A DNA stretch of 64,000 nt from Candidatus Oscillibacter excrementavium (lineage in GTDB: Bacteria > Bacillota > Clostridia > Oscillospirales > Oscillospiraceae). Where the stretch lies: assembly GCA_019118505.1 (NCBI GenBank), contig DWYU01000084.1:11563-75562 (forward strand). The letters run 5' to 3'. Position numbers and translations under genes: made by a program. Below the pieces are notes generated by a model. The model was not told the origin of the DNA. It worked only from the letters and a program-made list of their open reading frames with translations, and did not search any database. Shown piece by piece: positions 1-10,945 of this stretch; position 1 is the stretch's first letter; every line of letters starts with the position of its first letter.

Positions 1-41
1 ACGCCCGTCCTTGACAGAAATGTCAGGGACGGGCGTTTTTT
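1..41 (+). terminator. Intrinsic terminator/attenuator hairpin upstream of trpE (probably the 3' end of a T-box leader that starts outside the window)
   Basis: acgcccgtcc-ttgaca-GAAA-tgtcag-ggacgggcgt stem followed by a T run, 27 nt before the trpE start. T-box control of clostridial trp operons is established, but the T-box itself is not visible here. Confidence 0.75.
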
Positions 42-68
42 GTCCTGTTCCGAAAAGGAGGTTTATCC

Positions 69-1544
69 ATGTACCATCCAACTTTGAAGGAGGCACGCTC
101 TCTGGCAGCCTCCGGTGATTACCGGGAGATCCCGGTAGCCAGGGAACTGCTGTCCGATTTTCTTACTCCGATCCAAGCCCTGCGAATCCTGCGGAATCAG
201 GACAACCACTGCTTCCTGCTGGAGTCCGCCGCTGACAGCGAAGGCTGGGGCCGCTGGTCCTTCCTGGGCTTTGAGCCGGAACTGGAGGTCACTTGCAAGG
301 ATGGCGTGGTTCAACTGCGGAGCGGAGAGCGTATATCTAGTCAAATCCAGCAGCCGGGAGCGGCACTGCGGCAGATCCTGACGGAACACCGCAGCCCCAG
401 AGTGGCCGGGCTGCCGCCCTTTACCGGCGGACTGGTTGGGTATTTTGCCTACGACTACATGAAGTACGCCGAACCCGCCCTCCGGCTCACCGGCCGGGAC
501 GAAGAGAAGTTCAAGGATATGGATTTGATGCTCTTCCGCAGCGTCATCGCCTTTGACAACTTCCGGCAGAAATTGATCCTCATTACCAACGCGGACGCCT
601 CTGATCTGGATGAGACCTACCCCGCCGCCTGTGCGCAGCTGGACCGAATGGCAGAGCTCCTCCGCCACGGGACTCCCGCCCCCCGCAGGCCCGGAAAGCT
701 GACCGCCCCGGTGGAGGCCTTGTTCAGCCGGGAGCGCTACTGCTCCATGGTGGAAAAGGCCAAGCACTACATCCGGGAGGGGGACATCTTCCAGGTGGTG
801 CTGTCCAACCGTCTGGAGGCTGGGTTTGAGGGCTCCTTGCTGGATGTCTACCGGATTCTCCGCACAATGAATCCCTCCCCCTACCTGTTTTACTTCACCA
901 GCGACGACATGGAGCTGGCGGGGGCCTCCCCGGAGACCCTGGTGAAGCTGGAGGACGGGATGCTCCACACCTTCCCTTTGGCGGGCACCCGGCCTCGCGG
1001 AAAGACCCCGGAAGAGGACAAAGCCCTGGAAGCAGAACTGCTTTCCGACGAGAAAGAGTTATCCGAACACAATATGCTGGTGGATCTGGGCCGCAACGAC
1101 ATCGGGAAGATCAGCCGCTTCGGTACGGCGGAAGTGGAGAAATACTTATCGATTGAACGGTTCTCTCATGTGATGCACATCGGCTCCACCGTCCGGGGAG
1201 AACTGCGGGAGGGCCTGGACGCGGTAGATGCTATTGACGCCATCCTCCCGGCAGGAACCCTCTCCGGAGCCCCCAAGTTCCGGGCGGCGGAGATCATCGA
1301 CGAATTGGAGGACAACAAGCGGGGGGTATACGGCGGGGCCATCGGCTATCTGGATTTCACCGGCAACCTGGACACCTGCATCGCCATCCGCCTGGCCTTT
1401 GCCAAGAACGGAAAGGTGTTCATCCGGTCCGGGGCGGGCATCGTGGCCGACTCGGTGCCGGAGAAGGAGTATCAGGAGTGCATCAACAAGGCCCAGGCGG
1501 TGGTCCGGGCCCTGGAGCTGGCCCAGAAGGAGAGAGACCTATGA
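69..1544 (+). CDS. trpE: Anthranilate synthase component I
   Basis: 491 aa with chorismate-binding motifs (GDIFQVVLS, NPSPY, ASPE, EHNMLVDLGRND, LPAGTLSGAPK, YGGAIG); first gene of the trp operon. Confidence 0.95.
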   Translation: MYHPTLKEARSLAASGDYREIPVARELLSDFLTPIQALRILRNQDNHCFLLESAADSEGWGRWSFLGFEPELEVTCKDGVVQLRSGERISSQIQQPGAALRQILTEHRSPRVAGLPPFTGGLVGYFAYDYMKYAEPALRLTGRDEEKFKDMDLMLFRSVIAFDNFRQKLILITNADASDLDETYPAACAQLDRMAELLRHGTPAPRRPGKLTAPVEALFSRERYCSMVEKAKHYIREGDIFQVVLSNRLEAGFEGSLLDVYRILRTMNPSPYLFYFTSDDMELAGASPETLVKLEDGMLHTFPLAGTRPRGKTPEEDKALEAELLSDEKELSEHNMLVDLGRNDIGKISRFGTAEVEKYLSIERFSHVMHIGSTVRGELREGLDAVDAIDAILPAGTLSGAPKFRAAEIIDELEDNKRGVYGGAIGYLDFTGNLDTCIAIRLAFAKNGKVFIRSGAGIVADSVPEKEYQECINKAQAVVRALELAQKERDL

Positions 1545-2107
1545 TCTTGCTCATCGACAACTATGACAGTTTTTCCTACAACCTGTATCAACTGGTGGGG
1601 AGCCTGAACCCGGATATTCAGGTGGTGCGCAACGATGCCGTGACGGTGGAGGACATCCGCCGGATGCACCCCAGCCACCTGATCCTCTCTCCCGGCCCCG
1701 GCCGGCCCGCGGATGCGGGGGTGTGCGAGTCCGCGGCGCGGGAGCTGGCGGGCGAACTCCCCATCCTGGGGGTGTGCCTGGGTCACCAGGCCATCTGCGA
1801 GGCCTTCGGCGGCGTGGTGACCTACGCGAAAGAACTCATGCACGGCAAGCCCTCCCAGGTGAGGCTGGATCTGGATTGTCCCCTGTTCCGGGGCCTGCCC
1901 GAGGCCATCCAGGCGGCCCGTTATCACTCCCTGGCCGCCGCGGAGGACACCCTGCCGGACTGCCTGACCGTCACCGCCCGCACCGGCGACGGGGAGGTCA
2001 TGGCGGTGCAGGTTAAGGACCGCCCGGTGTACGGACTGCAGTTTCACCCGGAGTCCATTCTCACGCCCATGGGCGGTCAAATCTTGAAAAATTTCTTGGA
2101 GGGATAA
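1541..2107 (+). CDS. trpG: Anthranilate synthase component II (glutamine amidotransferase)
   Basis: MILLIDNYDSF, SPGPG, GVCLGHQ, QFHPES; ATGA overlap with trpE. Confidence 0.95.
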   Translation: MILLIDNYDSFSYNLYQLVGSLNPDIQVVRNDAVTVEDIRRMHPSHLILSPGPGRPADAGVCESAARELAGELPILGVCLGHQAICEAFGGVVTYAKELMHGKPSQVRLDLDCPLFRGLPEAIQAARYHSLAAAEDTLPDCLTVTARTGDGEVMAVQVKDRPVYGLQFHPESILTPMGGQILKNFLEG

Positions 2108-2110
2108 GGT

Positions 2111-3145
2111 ATGATCAAGGAAGCCATTGTGAAGATCGTCAACAAGGAGGACCTGACCTACGACGAGGCCTACGCCGTCATGAACGAGATCATGAGCGGC
2201 CAGACGACTCCCACCCAGAACGCCGCGTTCCTGGCGGCCCTCTCCACCAAGAGTGCCCGGGCGGAGACCACCGACGAGATCGCCGGCTGTGCCGCCGCCA
2301 TGCGGGATCACGCCACGAAAGTGGAAACAGGCATGGAGGTCTTTGAGATCGTGGGCACCGGCGGCGACAACGCCCACAGCTTCAATATCTCCACCACCTC
2401 AGGCCTGGTGGCGGCGGCAGGCGGCGTGAAGGTTGCCAAGCACGGCAACCGGGCGGCCTCCTCCCAGTGCGGCACGGCGGACTGCCTGGAGGCCCTGGGA
2501 GTGAACATCCAGCAAAGCCCGGAGCGCTGCGTCCAGCTGCTGCGGGAGGTGGGGATGTGCTTCTTCTTCGCCCAGAAGTACCACACCTCCATGAAGTACG
2601 TGGGGGCCATCCGCAAGGAGCTTGGCTTCCGGACCGTGTTCAATATCCTGGGGCCCCTGACCAATCCGGCCACCCCCTCCATGCAGCTGCTGGGGGTGTA
2701 CGACGAGTACCTGGTGGCCCCCCTGGCCCAGGTGCTCATCAACCTGGGGGTACGCCGCGGCATGGTGGTCTACGGTCAGGACAAGCTGGATGAGATCTCC
2801 ATGTCCGCCCCCACCTCCGTGTGCGAGATCAAGGACGGCTGGTTCAAGGCCTACACCATCGCCCCCGAGGACTTCGGCCTGGAGCGCTGTGCCCGGGAGG
2901 ATCTGCGGGGCGGCACCCCGGCGGAGAACGCGCAGATCACCCTGGCCGTGCTGGGCGGGGAAAAGGGCCACCGGCGGGATGCGGTGCTGATGAACGCGGG
3001 CGCCTCCCTGTACATTGGGGGCAAGGCGGGCACCATGCGGGACGGCATTGCCCTGGCGGCGGAGCTGATCGACTCCGGCAGGGCGCTGGAGACCCTGCGC
3101 AAGCTCATTGCGGTCAGCAACCTCCCGGAGGTGGCGGAAACATGA
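2111..3145 (+). CDS. trpD: Anthranilate phosphoribosyltransferase
   Basis: [30 protein letters not shown] motifs. Confidence 0.95.
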   Translation: MIKEAIVKIVNKEDLTYDEAYAVMNEIMSGQTTPTQNAAFLAALSTKSARAETTDEIAGCAAAMRDHATKVETGMEVFEIVGTGGDNAHSFNISTTSGLVAAAGGVKVAKHGNRAASSQCGTADCLEALGVNIQQSPERCVQLLREVGMCFFFAQKYHTSMKYVGAIRKELGFRTVFNILGPLTNPATPSMQLLGVYDEYLVAPLAQVLINLGVRRGMVVYGQDKLDEISMSAPTSVCEIKDGWFKAYTIAPEDFGLERCAREDLRGGTPAENAQITLAVLGGEKGHRRDAVLMNAGASLYIGGKAGTMRDGIALAAELIDSGRALETLRKLIAVSNLPEVAET

Positions 3146-3930
3146 CGATCCTAGATCATCTGGCCGCCCATGCCCGGAATCGGGTGGCGGCGGACCAGGC
3201 GGAAAACAGTCTGGACGTGCTGCAGGCCCAATGCCGCGCCCGGGGTCGGGCCCATGGGGCGCGCTTCCGGGGCGCCCTGGAAAAACCGGGTCTCTCCTTC
3301 ATCTACGAGGTGAAGAGAGCCTCCCCCTCCAAGGGGGTCATTGCCGAGAATTTTCCCTATCTGGAGATCGCCCGGGACTATGAACGCGCCGGGGCGGACG
3401 CTATCTCCTGCCTCACCGAGCCCAAGTGGTTTCTGGGCTCCGACCAGATTTTTCGGGAGATTCGCGGGGCAGTGGACACCCCCATGCTCCGCAAGGACTT
3501 CACAGTGGACGCGTACCAGCTCTACCAGGCCCGCCTCCTGGGGGCGGACTGTGTGCTGCTGATCTGCGCCCTGCTGGACACCGGGACGCTGGAGCGGTAT
3601 TTGGGCATCTGCGAGGAACTGGGCCTGTCCGCCCTGGTGGAGGCCCACAACGAAGAGGAGATCGCATCCGCCGTGGCCGCCGGCGCGGAGATCATCGGCG
3701 TGAACAACCGGAATTTGAAGGATTTCTCCGTGAACCTTGACAACGCGGCCCGGCTGCGGGACCAGATCCCCCCAGGGGTGCTGTATGTGGCGGAGAGCGG
3801 CGTCCGCCGCCCAGAGGACGCCGCGGCGGTGAGGGCCATGGGGGCCGACGGCGTGCTCATCGGCGAGGCCCTCATGCGGGCGAAGGACAAGGGCGCCATG
3901 CTGGCGGCCCTGCGGGAGGCGGCATCATGA
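3142..3930 (+). CDS. trpC: Indole-3-glycerol phosphate synthase
   Basis: [33 protein letters not shown]; start taken at the ATG overlapping the trpD stop. Confidence 0.95.
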   Translation: MTILDHLAAHARNRVAADQAENSLDVLQAQCRARGRAHGARFRGALEKPGLSFIYEVKRASPSKGVIAENFPYLEIARDYERAGADAISCLTEPKWFLGSDQIFREIRGAVDTPMLRKDFTVDAYQLYQARLLGADCVLLICALLDTGTLERYLGICEELGLSALVEAHNEEEIASAVAAGAEIIGVNNRNLKDFSVNLDNAARLRDQIPPGVLYVAESGVRRPEDAAAVRAMGADGVLIGEALMRAKDKGAMLAALREAAS

Positions 3931-4532
3931 CGAAAATCAAGATCTGCGGGCTGTTCCGGCCCTGTGACATCGACTTTGTCAACGAGGCCCGGCCCGACTG
4001 GTGCGGGTTCATCATCAGCTTTCCCAGGAGCCACCGGAACCAGACGCCGGATCAGGTGCGGGCGCTGCGGGCGCGGCTGGATCCAGCTGTGATCCCGGTG
4101 GGCGTGTTCGTGGACCGGCCGGTGGAGGAGGTGGCCGGGCTGCTGAACGACGGGACCATTGCGGCGGCCCAGCTCCACGGGCACGAGGACGATGCCTATA
4201 TCGCCGCTCTCCGGGCCCTGGCCCCCGGCAAGGCGCTCTGGAAAGCGTTCAAGGTCCGGTCGGAGGCCGATCTGGCGGCGGCTGCCGCCTCCACGACGGA
4301 CCAGATCCTGCTGGACAACGGCTACGGCACGGGCCAGGCCTTTGACTGGTCTCTGGCCGGCGGGGTCAGGCGGCCCTTCCTCCTGGCGGGCGGACTGACG
4401 CCGGAGAATATCCCCGATGCCGTGGCGCGGCTCCACCCCATGGGGCTGGATATCTCCAGCGGCGTCGAGACCGGCAGGCAGAAGGACCGGGCAAAAATTT
4501 TGGCGGCCGTGGCCGCCGCAAGAAAGGAGTGA
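3927..4532 (+). CDS. trpF: Phosphoribosylanthranilate isomerase
   Basis: [33 protein letters not shown]. Confidence 0.95.
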   Translation: MTKIKICGLFRPCDIDFVNEARPDWCGFIISFPRSHRNQTPDQVRALRARLDPAVIPVGVFVDRPVEEVAGLLNDGTIAAAQLHGHEDDAYIAALRALAPGKALWKAFKVRSEADLAAAAASTTDQILLDNGYGTGQAFDWSLAGGVRRPFLLAGGLTPENIPDAVARLHPMGLDISSGVETGRQKDRAKILAAVAAARKE

Positions 4533-4537
4533 GGGCC

Positions 4538-5722
4538 ATGTCCAAGGGACGATTTGGCGTCCACGGCGGGCAGTATATCCCCGAGACGCTGATGAACGCG
4601 ATCATGGAGCTGGAGGAGGCCTACAACCACTATAAGGACGACCCGGAGTTCCAGGCGGAACTCACCGAGCTGTTTAACGAATACGCCGGCCGGCCCTCCC
4701 GGCTCTACTACGCCCGGCGCATGACAGAGGACCTGGGGGGCGCGAAGATATACCTGAAACGGGAGGATCTGAACCACACCGGGGCCCACAAGATCAACAA
4801 CGTGCTGGGCCAGGCCCTGTTGGCAAGGAAGATGGGCAAGAAGCGCCTCATCGCCGAGACGGGCGCAGGCCAGCACGGAGTGGCCACCGCCACCGCGGCG
4901 GCCCTTTTCGGCATGGAGTGCGTGGTGTTCATGGGGGAGGAGGACACCCGTCGCCAGGCCCTGAATGTCTATAAAATGCGGCTGCTGGGGGCCGAGGTGG
5001 TGCCGGTGACCACCGGGACCGCCACCCTGAAGGACGCCTGCTCCGCCGCCTTCCGGGAGTGGACCTCCCGCATTGCGGATACCCACTACTGCCTGGGCTC
5101 CGTCATGGGGCCCCACCCCTTCCCCACCATGGTGCGGGACTTCCAGGCGGTCATCTCCCGGGAGATCATGGCACAGCTCCAGGAGAGGGAGGGAAAACTC
5201 CCGGACGTGGTGATCGCCTGCGTGGGAGGCGGCTCCAACGCCATGGGAGCCTTCTATCACTTCATCAACGATCCCTCCGTGCGGCTCATCGGCTGCGAGG
5301 CGGCCGGCCGGGGCGTGGACACCCCGGACACCGCGGCCACCATTGCCACGGGCAGGCTCGGCATCTTCCACGGCATGAAGTCCTACTTCTGCCAGGACCA
5401 GTACGGCCAGATCGCCCCGGTGTACTCCATCTCCGCCGGGCTGGATTACCCGGGCATTGGCCCGGAGCACGCTTGGCTCCACGACACAGGCCGGGCGGAA
5501 TATGTCCCCGTCACGGACGAGGAGGCGGTGTGCGCTTTTGAGTATCTGAGCCGCACCGAGGGGATCATCCCCGCCATCGAGTCGGCCCACGCGGTGGCCT
5601 ACGCCATGAAGCTGGCCCCCGCCATGGGCCGGGAGCAGATCATCGTCGTCAATATCTCTGGCCGTGGGGACAAGGACTGTGTCTCCGTCGCCCGGTATCG
5701 AGGGGAGGAGCTTTCCGAATGA
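4538..5722 (+). CDS. trpB: Tryptophan synthase beta chain
   Basis: GRFGx[19 protein letters not shown] (PLP Lys), [19 protein letters not shown]. Confidence 0.97.
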   Translation: MSKGRFGVHGGQYIPETLMNAIMELEEAYNHYKDDPEFQAELTELFNEYAGRPSRLYYARRMTEDLGGAKIYLKREDLNHTGAHKINNVLGQALLARKMGKKRLIAETGAGQHGVATATAAALFGMECVVFMGEEDTRRQALNVYKMRLLGAEVVPVTTGTATLKDACSAAFREWTSRIADTHYCLGSVMGPHPFPTMVRDFQAVISREIMAQLQEREGKLPDVVIACVGGGSNAMGAFYHFINDPSVRLIGCEAAGRGVDTPDTAATIATGRLGIFHGMKSYFCQDQYGQIAPVYSISAGLDYPGIGPEHAWLHDTGRAEYVPVTDEEAVCAFEYLSRTEGIIPAIESAHAVAYAMKLAPAMGREQIIVVNISGRGDKDCVSVARYRGEELSE

Positions 5723-6498
5723 GCCGAATTGCAGAGGCCTTTGCCCATGGCAAGGCGTTTATTCCCTTTCTCACCTGCGCTGACCCGGACCTGGAGACCA
5801 CCGAGGCGGCCGTCCGGGCCATGGCCCAGGCGGGAGCCGACCTCATTGAGCTGGGCATCCCCTTCTCAGACCCCACCGCCGAGGGGCCGGTCATCCAGGC
5901 CGCCAACGAACGGGCGCTGGCCGGCGGCGTGACCACGGATCAGATCTTCGACATGGTCCGCCGCCTGCGGACGGAGCTCACCGTTCCCATGGTGTTCATG
6001 ACCTATGCCAACGTGGTGTTCTCCTACGGCACGGAGCGGTTTATCTCCACGGCGGCGGACATCGGGATGGACGGGCTCATTCTCCCCGACGTGCCCTATG
6101 AGGAGAAGGAGGAATTCGCTCCCACCTGCCGCAGGTATGGCCTGGATCTCATCTCCCTCATTGCCCCCACCTCCGAGGACCGGATCGCGATGATTGCCCG
6201 GGAGGCGGAGGGGTTCCTCTATTGCGTCTCCTCTCTGGGCGTCACCGGCGTGCGGACGGAGATCACCACCGACGTGGGCCGCATGGTCCATCTGGCCAAG
6301 GCGGCCAATCCGGAGATCCCCTGCGCCATCGGATTCGGCATCTCTACGCCGGAACAGGCCGCTGCCATGGCCCAGGTGTCCGACGGGGCCATTGTGGGTT
6401 CCGCCATCGTGAAGCTGTTCGCAAAGTATGGCCGGGAGGCAGTCCCCCATGTGGCAGAATACGTTCGTAATATGAAGAAAGCCGTCGTGAGCTCGTAG
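5719..6498 (+). CDS. trpA: Tryptophan synthase alpha chain
   Basis: [31 protein letters not shown]. Confidence 0.97.
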   Translation: MSRIAEAFAHGKAFIPFLTCADPDLETTEAAVRAMAQAGADLIELGIPFSDPTAEGPVIQAANERALAGGVTTDQIFDMVRRLRTELTVPMVFMTYANVVFSYGTERFISTAADIGMDGLILPDVPYEEKEEFAPTCRRYGLDLISLIAPTSEDRIAMIAREAEGFLYCVSSLGVTGVRTEITTDVGRMVHLAKAANPEIPCAIGFGISTPEQAAAMAQVSDGAIVGSAIVKLFAKYGREAVPHVAEYVRNMKKAVVSS

Positions 6499-6620
6499 CA
6501 TTTTCAGGCGGCTGTCCGATGCGTCGACTTTCGCCGAAGAGGCCGCAGCGTCCATCTGTTTTCAAATTTTTGGTAGAAATATATACTTTGTCAGAGAATA
6601 TCCGACCACTGGATCGACGC

Positions 6621-6649
6621 TTGACAGTGCCGGAAGGAAGCAATAAAAT
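6621..6649 (+). promoter_or_regulatory. SigmaA-type promoter
   Basis: TTGACA-17 nt-TAAAAT, about 90 nt before the DSD1-family gene. Confidence 0.7.
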
Positions 6650-6740
6650 AAAAACCATTCTTTTAGAAGGTCCGGTACAGAGGCGTCAAGGACTTGCCGC
6701 CCGCACTATACACCGATGGAACCGAAAGGAGAATCAAGCC

Positions 6741-7850
6741 ATGCGAATTGAGGAACTGGATACCCCCGCGCTTCTGATTGACCGGGAGATTTTGGAGTCG
6801 AATCTTCAGTGGATGCAGGATTATGCCAATCGAAACCATGTGGCGCTGCGGCCGCATACGAAAACCCACAAAATGCCCGCCATCGCGCGGCGCCAGATGG
6901 ACCTGGGCGCCTGCGGCATCGCTGTGGCCAAGGTGGGCGAGGCTGAAGTGATGGCGGAACAGGGGCTGCGGGATATTCTGATCGCAAATGAGATCGTGGG
7001 GCAGAGGAAGCTCCAGCGGATCGCGGCGCTGCGCAGAGCTGGCTGCACGGTCTCCTTTGGGGTGGACGCCCCCTGTCAGGTGGAGGAGGCAGAGGCGGTC
7101 TTTGCGGCGGCCAATGTCCAAATTCCGGTTCTAATCGAGATCGAGGTGGGGGAGAATCGCTCCGGCATCATTGAGGAATGTGATTTTCTGGCGCTGCTGG
7201 ACGCCATCCGTGCCTGTCCCCACGTGCTGTTCGGCGGGATTTTCTCCCACGACGGAAACAGCTATTCCGCTCCGGATCTGGACGCCTGCCGGGAGATCGC
7301 CCGGACCGCCCAGCGCAGGACGCTGGCATTTGCGGATCTGGCTGCGGCCCATGGTATGCCCTGCGGCACCGTGAGCTACGGCGCCACCCCCACTCTGATG
7401 AACGGTGTGGAAATCCTGGACGGCATCACCGAGCTCCGCCCCGGCACCTATGCCCTGATGGATGCCTCCCAGGGCCATGCCATCGGCACATTGGACCGCT
7501 GCGCGGCCACCGTGCTGGCCACTGTCATCAGCAAGCCCACCTCCCGGCGGACGATTCTGGACGTGGGCGCCAAGGGCCTGACCATGCAGGAGCGGACAGA
7601 GGGCATCTGCGCCACCCCCGGCAAGGGGACCATCCTGGAATACCCAGACACCCACATCGACGAGATGTACGACGAACACGCCATTTTGTACCATCAGGCA
7701 TTTCACGACTCCGTTCGGATCGGCGATAAGGTCCGGGTCATTCCCGTCCACATCTGCCCGGTGTGTAATCTCTACGACACGGCCTATCTGGTTTCCGGCG
7801 GCGAGGTGGTGGAGGAGATCCCCGTCCTGGCACGGGGACGGCAGCAATGA
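6741..7850 (+). CDS. DSD1/D-threonine-aldolase-family PLP-dependent enzyme (alanine racemase fold)
   Basis: LDTPALLID, LRPHTKTHK (PLP Lys), VAKxGEAE, ELRPGTY, DEH, PVHICP; RBS aaagga before the ATG at 6741. Confidence 0.85.
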   Translation: MRIEELDTPALLIDREILESNLQWMQDYANRNHVALRPHTKTHKMPAIARRQMDLGACGIAVAKVGEAEVMAEQGLRDILIANEIVGQRKLQRIAALRRAGCTVSFGVDAPCQVEEAEAVFAAANVQIPVLIEIEVGENRSGIIEECDFLALLDAIRACPHVLFGGIFSHDGNSYSAPDLDACREIARTAQRRTLAFADLAAAHGMPCGTVSYGATPTLMNGVEILDGITELRPGTYALMDASQGHAIGTLDRCAATVLATVISKPTSRRTILDVGAKGLTMQERTEGICATPGKGTILEYPDTHIDEMYDEHAILYHQAFHDSVRIGDKVRVIPVHICPVCNLYDTAYLVSGGEVVEEIPVLARGRQQ

Positions 7851-7869
7851 CAGGGAGGAGACAGTCTGC

Positions 7870-8676
7870 ATGGAAAAGAAAACTGTGGCGCTGATGGGAT
7901 GCGGCGCTCTGGGGAGCATCCTTGCGGAAGGAGTGCAGCGGCGGCTGGGGGATGCCTATACCCTGGCGGGGGTCCTGTGCAGCACGCCGGCGCGCAGCCG
8001 GGCCGCAGGGGATCGCTTTTCCTGCAAGGGCTATCAAAGTCTGGAGGAACTGTTGGCAGAGCGGCCGGACTATGTGGCAGAGGCGGCCACAGGCGAGGCG
8101 GTGCGCGCCTGCGGCAGTGCGATCCTGCGGGGCGGGAGCGACCTCATTCTGCTGTCTGCCGGCGCACTGGCGGATGAGACGCTGCGGGGCGATCTGGAGG
8201 CGGCTGCCCGGGCGGGCGGCGCCCATCTCTGGATTGCGTCCGGAGCCATTGGCGGATTCGACCTGATGCGCACCATGGCCCTGATGGGGCCGACCGACAT
8301 CTGCGTGGACAGCGTGAAAGCGCCTGCGTCTCTGGAGGGGGCGCCCTTCCTGAAGGGACGGCGGCTGGGAGATGCCCCCTGCCGCATTTTCGACGGCACA
8401 GTGGAGGAGGCGATTGCCGGCTTCCCCAAGAATGTGAATGTGGCGGTGGCCGCGGCGCTGGCCGCTGCCGGCGTGGAGCAGGCCCGGGCGAGAATCGACA
8501 GTCAGCCCGGCCTGACGGAAAATATCCACCGGATTGCGCTGCACAACACGTCCGTTTCGGCCTCCTTGGAGATCGCCTCCCGCCCGGACCCGGAGAATCC
8601 CCGCTCCAGCAGTCTGGCAGCCTGGAGCGTGCTGGCCCTGCTGCGGGAGCTGGCATCGCCCCTTCGGTTTTTCTGA
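7870..8676 (+). CDS. Aspartate-dehydrogenase-like (NadX/DUF108 family) NAD(P)-binding protein
   Basis: GCGALG Rossmann motif, VAEAAT, LLSAGAL, SGAIGGFD, FPKNVNVA, NIH, SxLAAWS. Confidence 0.85.
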   Translation: MEKKTVALMGCGALGSILAEGVQRRLGDAYTLAGVLCSTPARSRAAGDRFSCKGYQSLEELLAERPDYVAEAATGEAVRACGSAILRGGSDLILLSAGALADETLRGDLEAAARAGGAHLWIASGAIGGFDLMRTMALMGPTDICVDSVKAPASLEGAPFLKGRRLGDAPCRIFDGTVEEAIAGFPKNVNVAVAAALAAAGVEQARARIDSQPGLTENIHRIALHNTSVSASLEIASRPDPENPRSSSLAAWSVLALLRELASPLRFF

Positions 8677-8765
8677 ACCGGCGAAGTCCGCAGGACCGCC
8701 TCTGGAGACCTAAAATTCAGATACTTTGATAGACTTGACTGGGTAAACTCTTGTTTTTCTGTTCC

Positions 8766-8877
8766 GGTTTACCATTGATTTCTTCAGGCGGCAGCGCTAT
8801 AATCGATCCTATATTCAGCGAGGCAATGGCGTTTCGTTTCCCTGCGGGGGCGCGCCGCTGCTTCGCGTTTTTCTTTT
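8766..8877 (+). promoter_or_regulatory. Promoter + leader attenuator module, copy A
   Basis: GGTTTACC box, TTGATT(8775)-17-TATAAT(8798), then a hexaloop hairpin (8818-8837) overlapping a terminator ending in a T run; near-duplicate of 9754-9860. Confidence 0.75.
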
Positions 8878-8919
8878 CAGAGGGAGCCCTCAGCTTGTTT
8901 GGAGAAGGACTGGTACGCG

Positions 8920-9687
8920 GTGGAACTCTCTCTGACGACTTACCTGATTCTGCTGCCGGTGATCTTTCTGGCCGGCGTTGTGGATGCGGTCTGTGGAGGC
9001 GGCGGCCTCCTCACCATACCGGCGTATCTGCTGACAGGGTTTTCGGCCCACGTGGCCACAGGCACCAACCTGGCAGCCACCATCTGCGGCGGCGTGGCGG
9101 CACTGTGCCGCTTTGCCCGGGGCGGAAAAGTGCACTGGCCGGCCATGGTGTCCGCCGGACCCACAGCGGCCGTGGGAGCCCTGCTGGGCGCGCGATTCAA
9201 TCTGTTCCTTCCGGACAGGAGCCTTCAGATCATTCTCCTGATCCTGCTGCCGGTGGTGGCGGTCACGGTCTTTATGAAGCGGGAACTGGGCCTGGAGGAC
9301 CTGATGGACACCCTCTCAAGCCGCCAGATCCGGCGGAATTCCGCCCTGATCGGCCTGGCGGTGGGCGCCTACAACGGATTTTACGGCGCGGGAGCCGGGA
9401 CCTTTTTCATCATCGCCTTCACGCTTTTTGACCGCATGGATCTGGTCCGCGCCTCCGGCAGTACCAAGTTCTGCAGCCTGTGCGCCGTGTTGGTGGCCAC
9501 ACTGACATACACCCTCTCCGGAACGGTGGTGTGGCCCATGGTTCTGGCCGGGTCCGTGTTCAGTGTGGCAGGCAATCTGCTGGGCAGCGAGCTGGCCCTG
9601 CGCAATGGCGCCAAGGTCATTCGGCCCATGTTTATCGGGGTGCTGGCGCTGCTCTTCCTGCGGCTGTGTGCCGGTGTGTTTCTCTGA
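8920..9687 (+). CDS. TSUP (TauE/SafE sulfite exporter family) membrane transporter
   Basis: AGVVDAVCGGGGLLTIP and YNGFYGAGAGTF motifs, multiple TM helices; GTG start inferred from the RBS. Confidence 0.85.
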   Translation: MELSLTTYLILLPVIFLAGVVDAVCGGGGLLTIPAYLLTGFSAHVATGTNLAATICGGVAALCRFARGGKVHWPAMVSAGPTAAVGALLGARFNLFLPDRSLQIILLILLPVVAVTVFMKRELGLEDLMDTLSSRQIRRNSALIGLAVGAYNGFYGAGAGTFFIIAFTLFDRMDLVRASGSTKFCSLCAVLVATLTYTLSGTVVWPMVLAGSVFSVAGNLLGSELALRNGAKVIRPMFIGVLALLFLRLCAGVFL

Positions 9688-9753
9688 GAGAGTTGGACAA
9701 CATCGATAAATTTTACATAATTTTTAGTTGGATTTGACCATTTTTTCTGGTTC

Positions 9754-9860
9754 GGTTTACCATTGATTTCCGAACCTGCCAGGCTTATAATGTGCCACAT
9801 ATTTAGCGAAGCAACGGCGTTTCGCCTCCTGTTTGGGAGCGCGCCGCTGCTTCGCTTTTT
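9754..9860 (+). promoter_or_regulatory. Promoter + leader attenuator module, copy B
   Basis: GGTTTACC, TTGATT(9763)-17-TATAAT(9786), GCGAAGC-AACGGC-GTTTCGC hairpin competing with the terminator AGCGAAGCA...TGCTTCGCT-TTTT. Confidence 0.75.
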
Positions 9861-9919
9861 ATATTTTCCTACAGGTACCAGCGTCATATGTGCACAATTT
9901 TTTTGAGGAGGATGAAGAA

Positions 9920-10885
9920 ATGAAAAAGCGTACTTGGAAGAGACTGGCCTGCCTAAGTTGCTCCCTGGCCATGGTTCTTTCCCTGTTTGGGTGCAGCGGC
10001 AGTGCTGAGACGGAGGAGCCCTCCGCCACTGATGATACCCCCACCGCGGAGGGAAGCAGCGGTGAAAAGACGGCCCTGCAGGAGAAGTGGTCCTCCCTGG
10101 AGGGGACCCATCTGACCGTCGGCACCTCCTGCGTGCAGACCGGCTGGTCCCAGGACGACGGCTCCGGCAACCCCGAGGGCATGGACATCGACGTCATGCA
10201 GTACATCTGCGACTACTACGGCTGGGACCTGGAGTGGTACGTGGCAGAGTACGCCGCCCTGTGGGGCTGTGTGCAGAACGGCCTGATCGACACCATCGCC
10301 AACCTGACCACGGTGAACCCCGAGCGGCTGGATCAGTACTGGTTCACCAATACCTACGCATGGGAGTCCTACTCCATCGTCTCCCGGGCTGAGGACGCGC
10401 CGGAGGACGGCGACATGAACTACTGGGAGGGCCGGACCATCTGCGGCGAGGCCGGCTCCAACGCCACCATGACCTTTGAGACCATCCGGGACCAGCTGGC
10501 AGCTGAGGGTGTGGAGGTCAACGAGCTGGTGCTGGACTCTGCCTCCATCCTGATCCCCAGCGTCATCCAGAATCAGGCGGACGGCGCGTTCATGTGCACC
10601 TCCACCTGTGCCTACATCGTGGAGCAGCAGGGGTACACGGATCAGACCCATATCCAGAATGTGGAGTGGCAGAATATGCCCATCGTCTACGGGTTCACCC
10701 GGACAGAGGAGAACAAGGACATCATCCTGGCCATCAATGATCTGCTGGATGAGATGCATGAGGACGGCACGCTGGCTGAGCTGTCCAACAAGTGGTTCGG
10801 CATGGATGTGACGGCACTGCCGGAGGGCGAGGTCAACTACGTCACCACCACCGGCGAGGACGCCTGGCAGAGCTATGAGGGCTGA
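9920..10885 (+). CDS. Polar amino-acid ABC transporter substrate-binding lipoprotein (family 3)
   Basis: Lipobox LFGC, GMDIDV, ID-IAN-T---ER, GTLAELSNKWFG. Confidence 0.85.
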   Translation: MKKRTWKRLACLSCSLAMVLSLFGCSGSAETEEPSATDDTPTAEGSSGEKTALQEKWSSLEGTHLTVGTSCVQTGWSQDDGSGNPEGMDIDVMQYICDYYGWDLEWYVAEYAALWGCVQNGLIDTIANLTTVNPERLDQYWFTNTYAWESYSIVSRAEDAPEDGDMNYWEGRTICGEAGSNATMTFETIRDQLAAEGVEVNELVLDSASILIPSVIQNQADGAFMCTSTCAYIVEQQGYTDQTHIQNVEWQNMPIVYGFTRTEENKDIILAINDLLDEMHEDGTLAELSNKWFGMDVTALPEGEVNYVTTTGEDAWQSYEG

Positions 10886-10907
10886 TTGCTCATAACCGGA
10901 ATCTCTT

Positions 10908-10945
10908 CTCCAACAGCGTTTGCCCTCTGGCAAACGCTGTTGGAG
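10908..10945 (+). other. Perfect 17-bp stem-loop between the SBP and permease genes
   Basis: ctccaacagcgtttgcc-ctct-ggcaaacgctgttggag, with a second hairpin (tttcggga...ttcccgaaa) right after it. Confidence 0.7.

Noticed and set aside
6660-6720. GGTCC/GGTACAG/ACACCG and GCCGCCCGC words recalling ykkC or ZTP riboswitches
   Set aside because: The words are scattered without the required stems or spacing, and there is no terminator.
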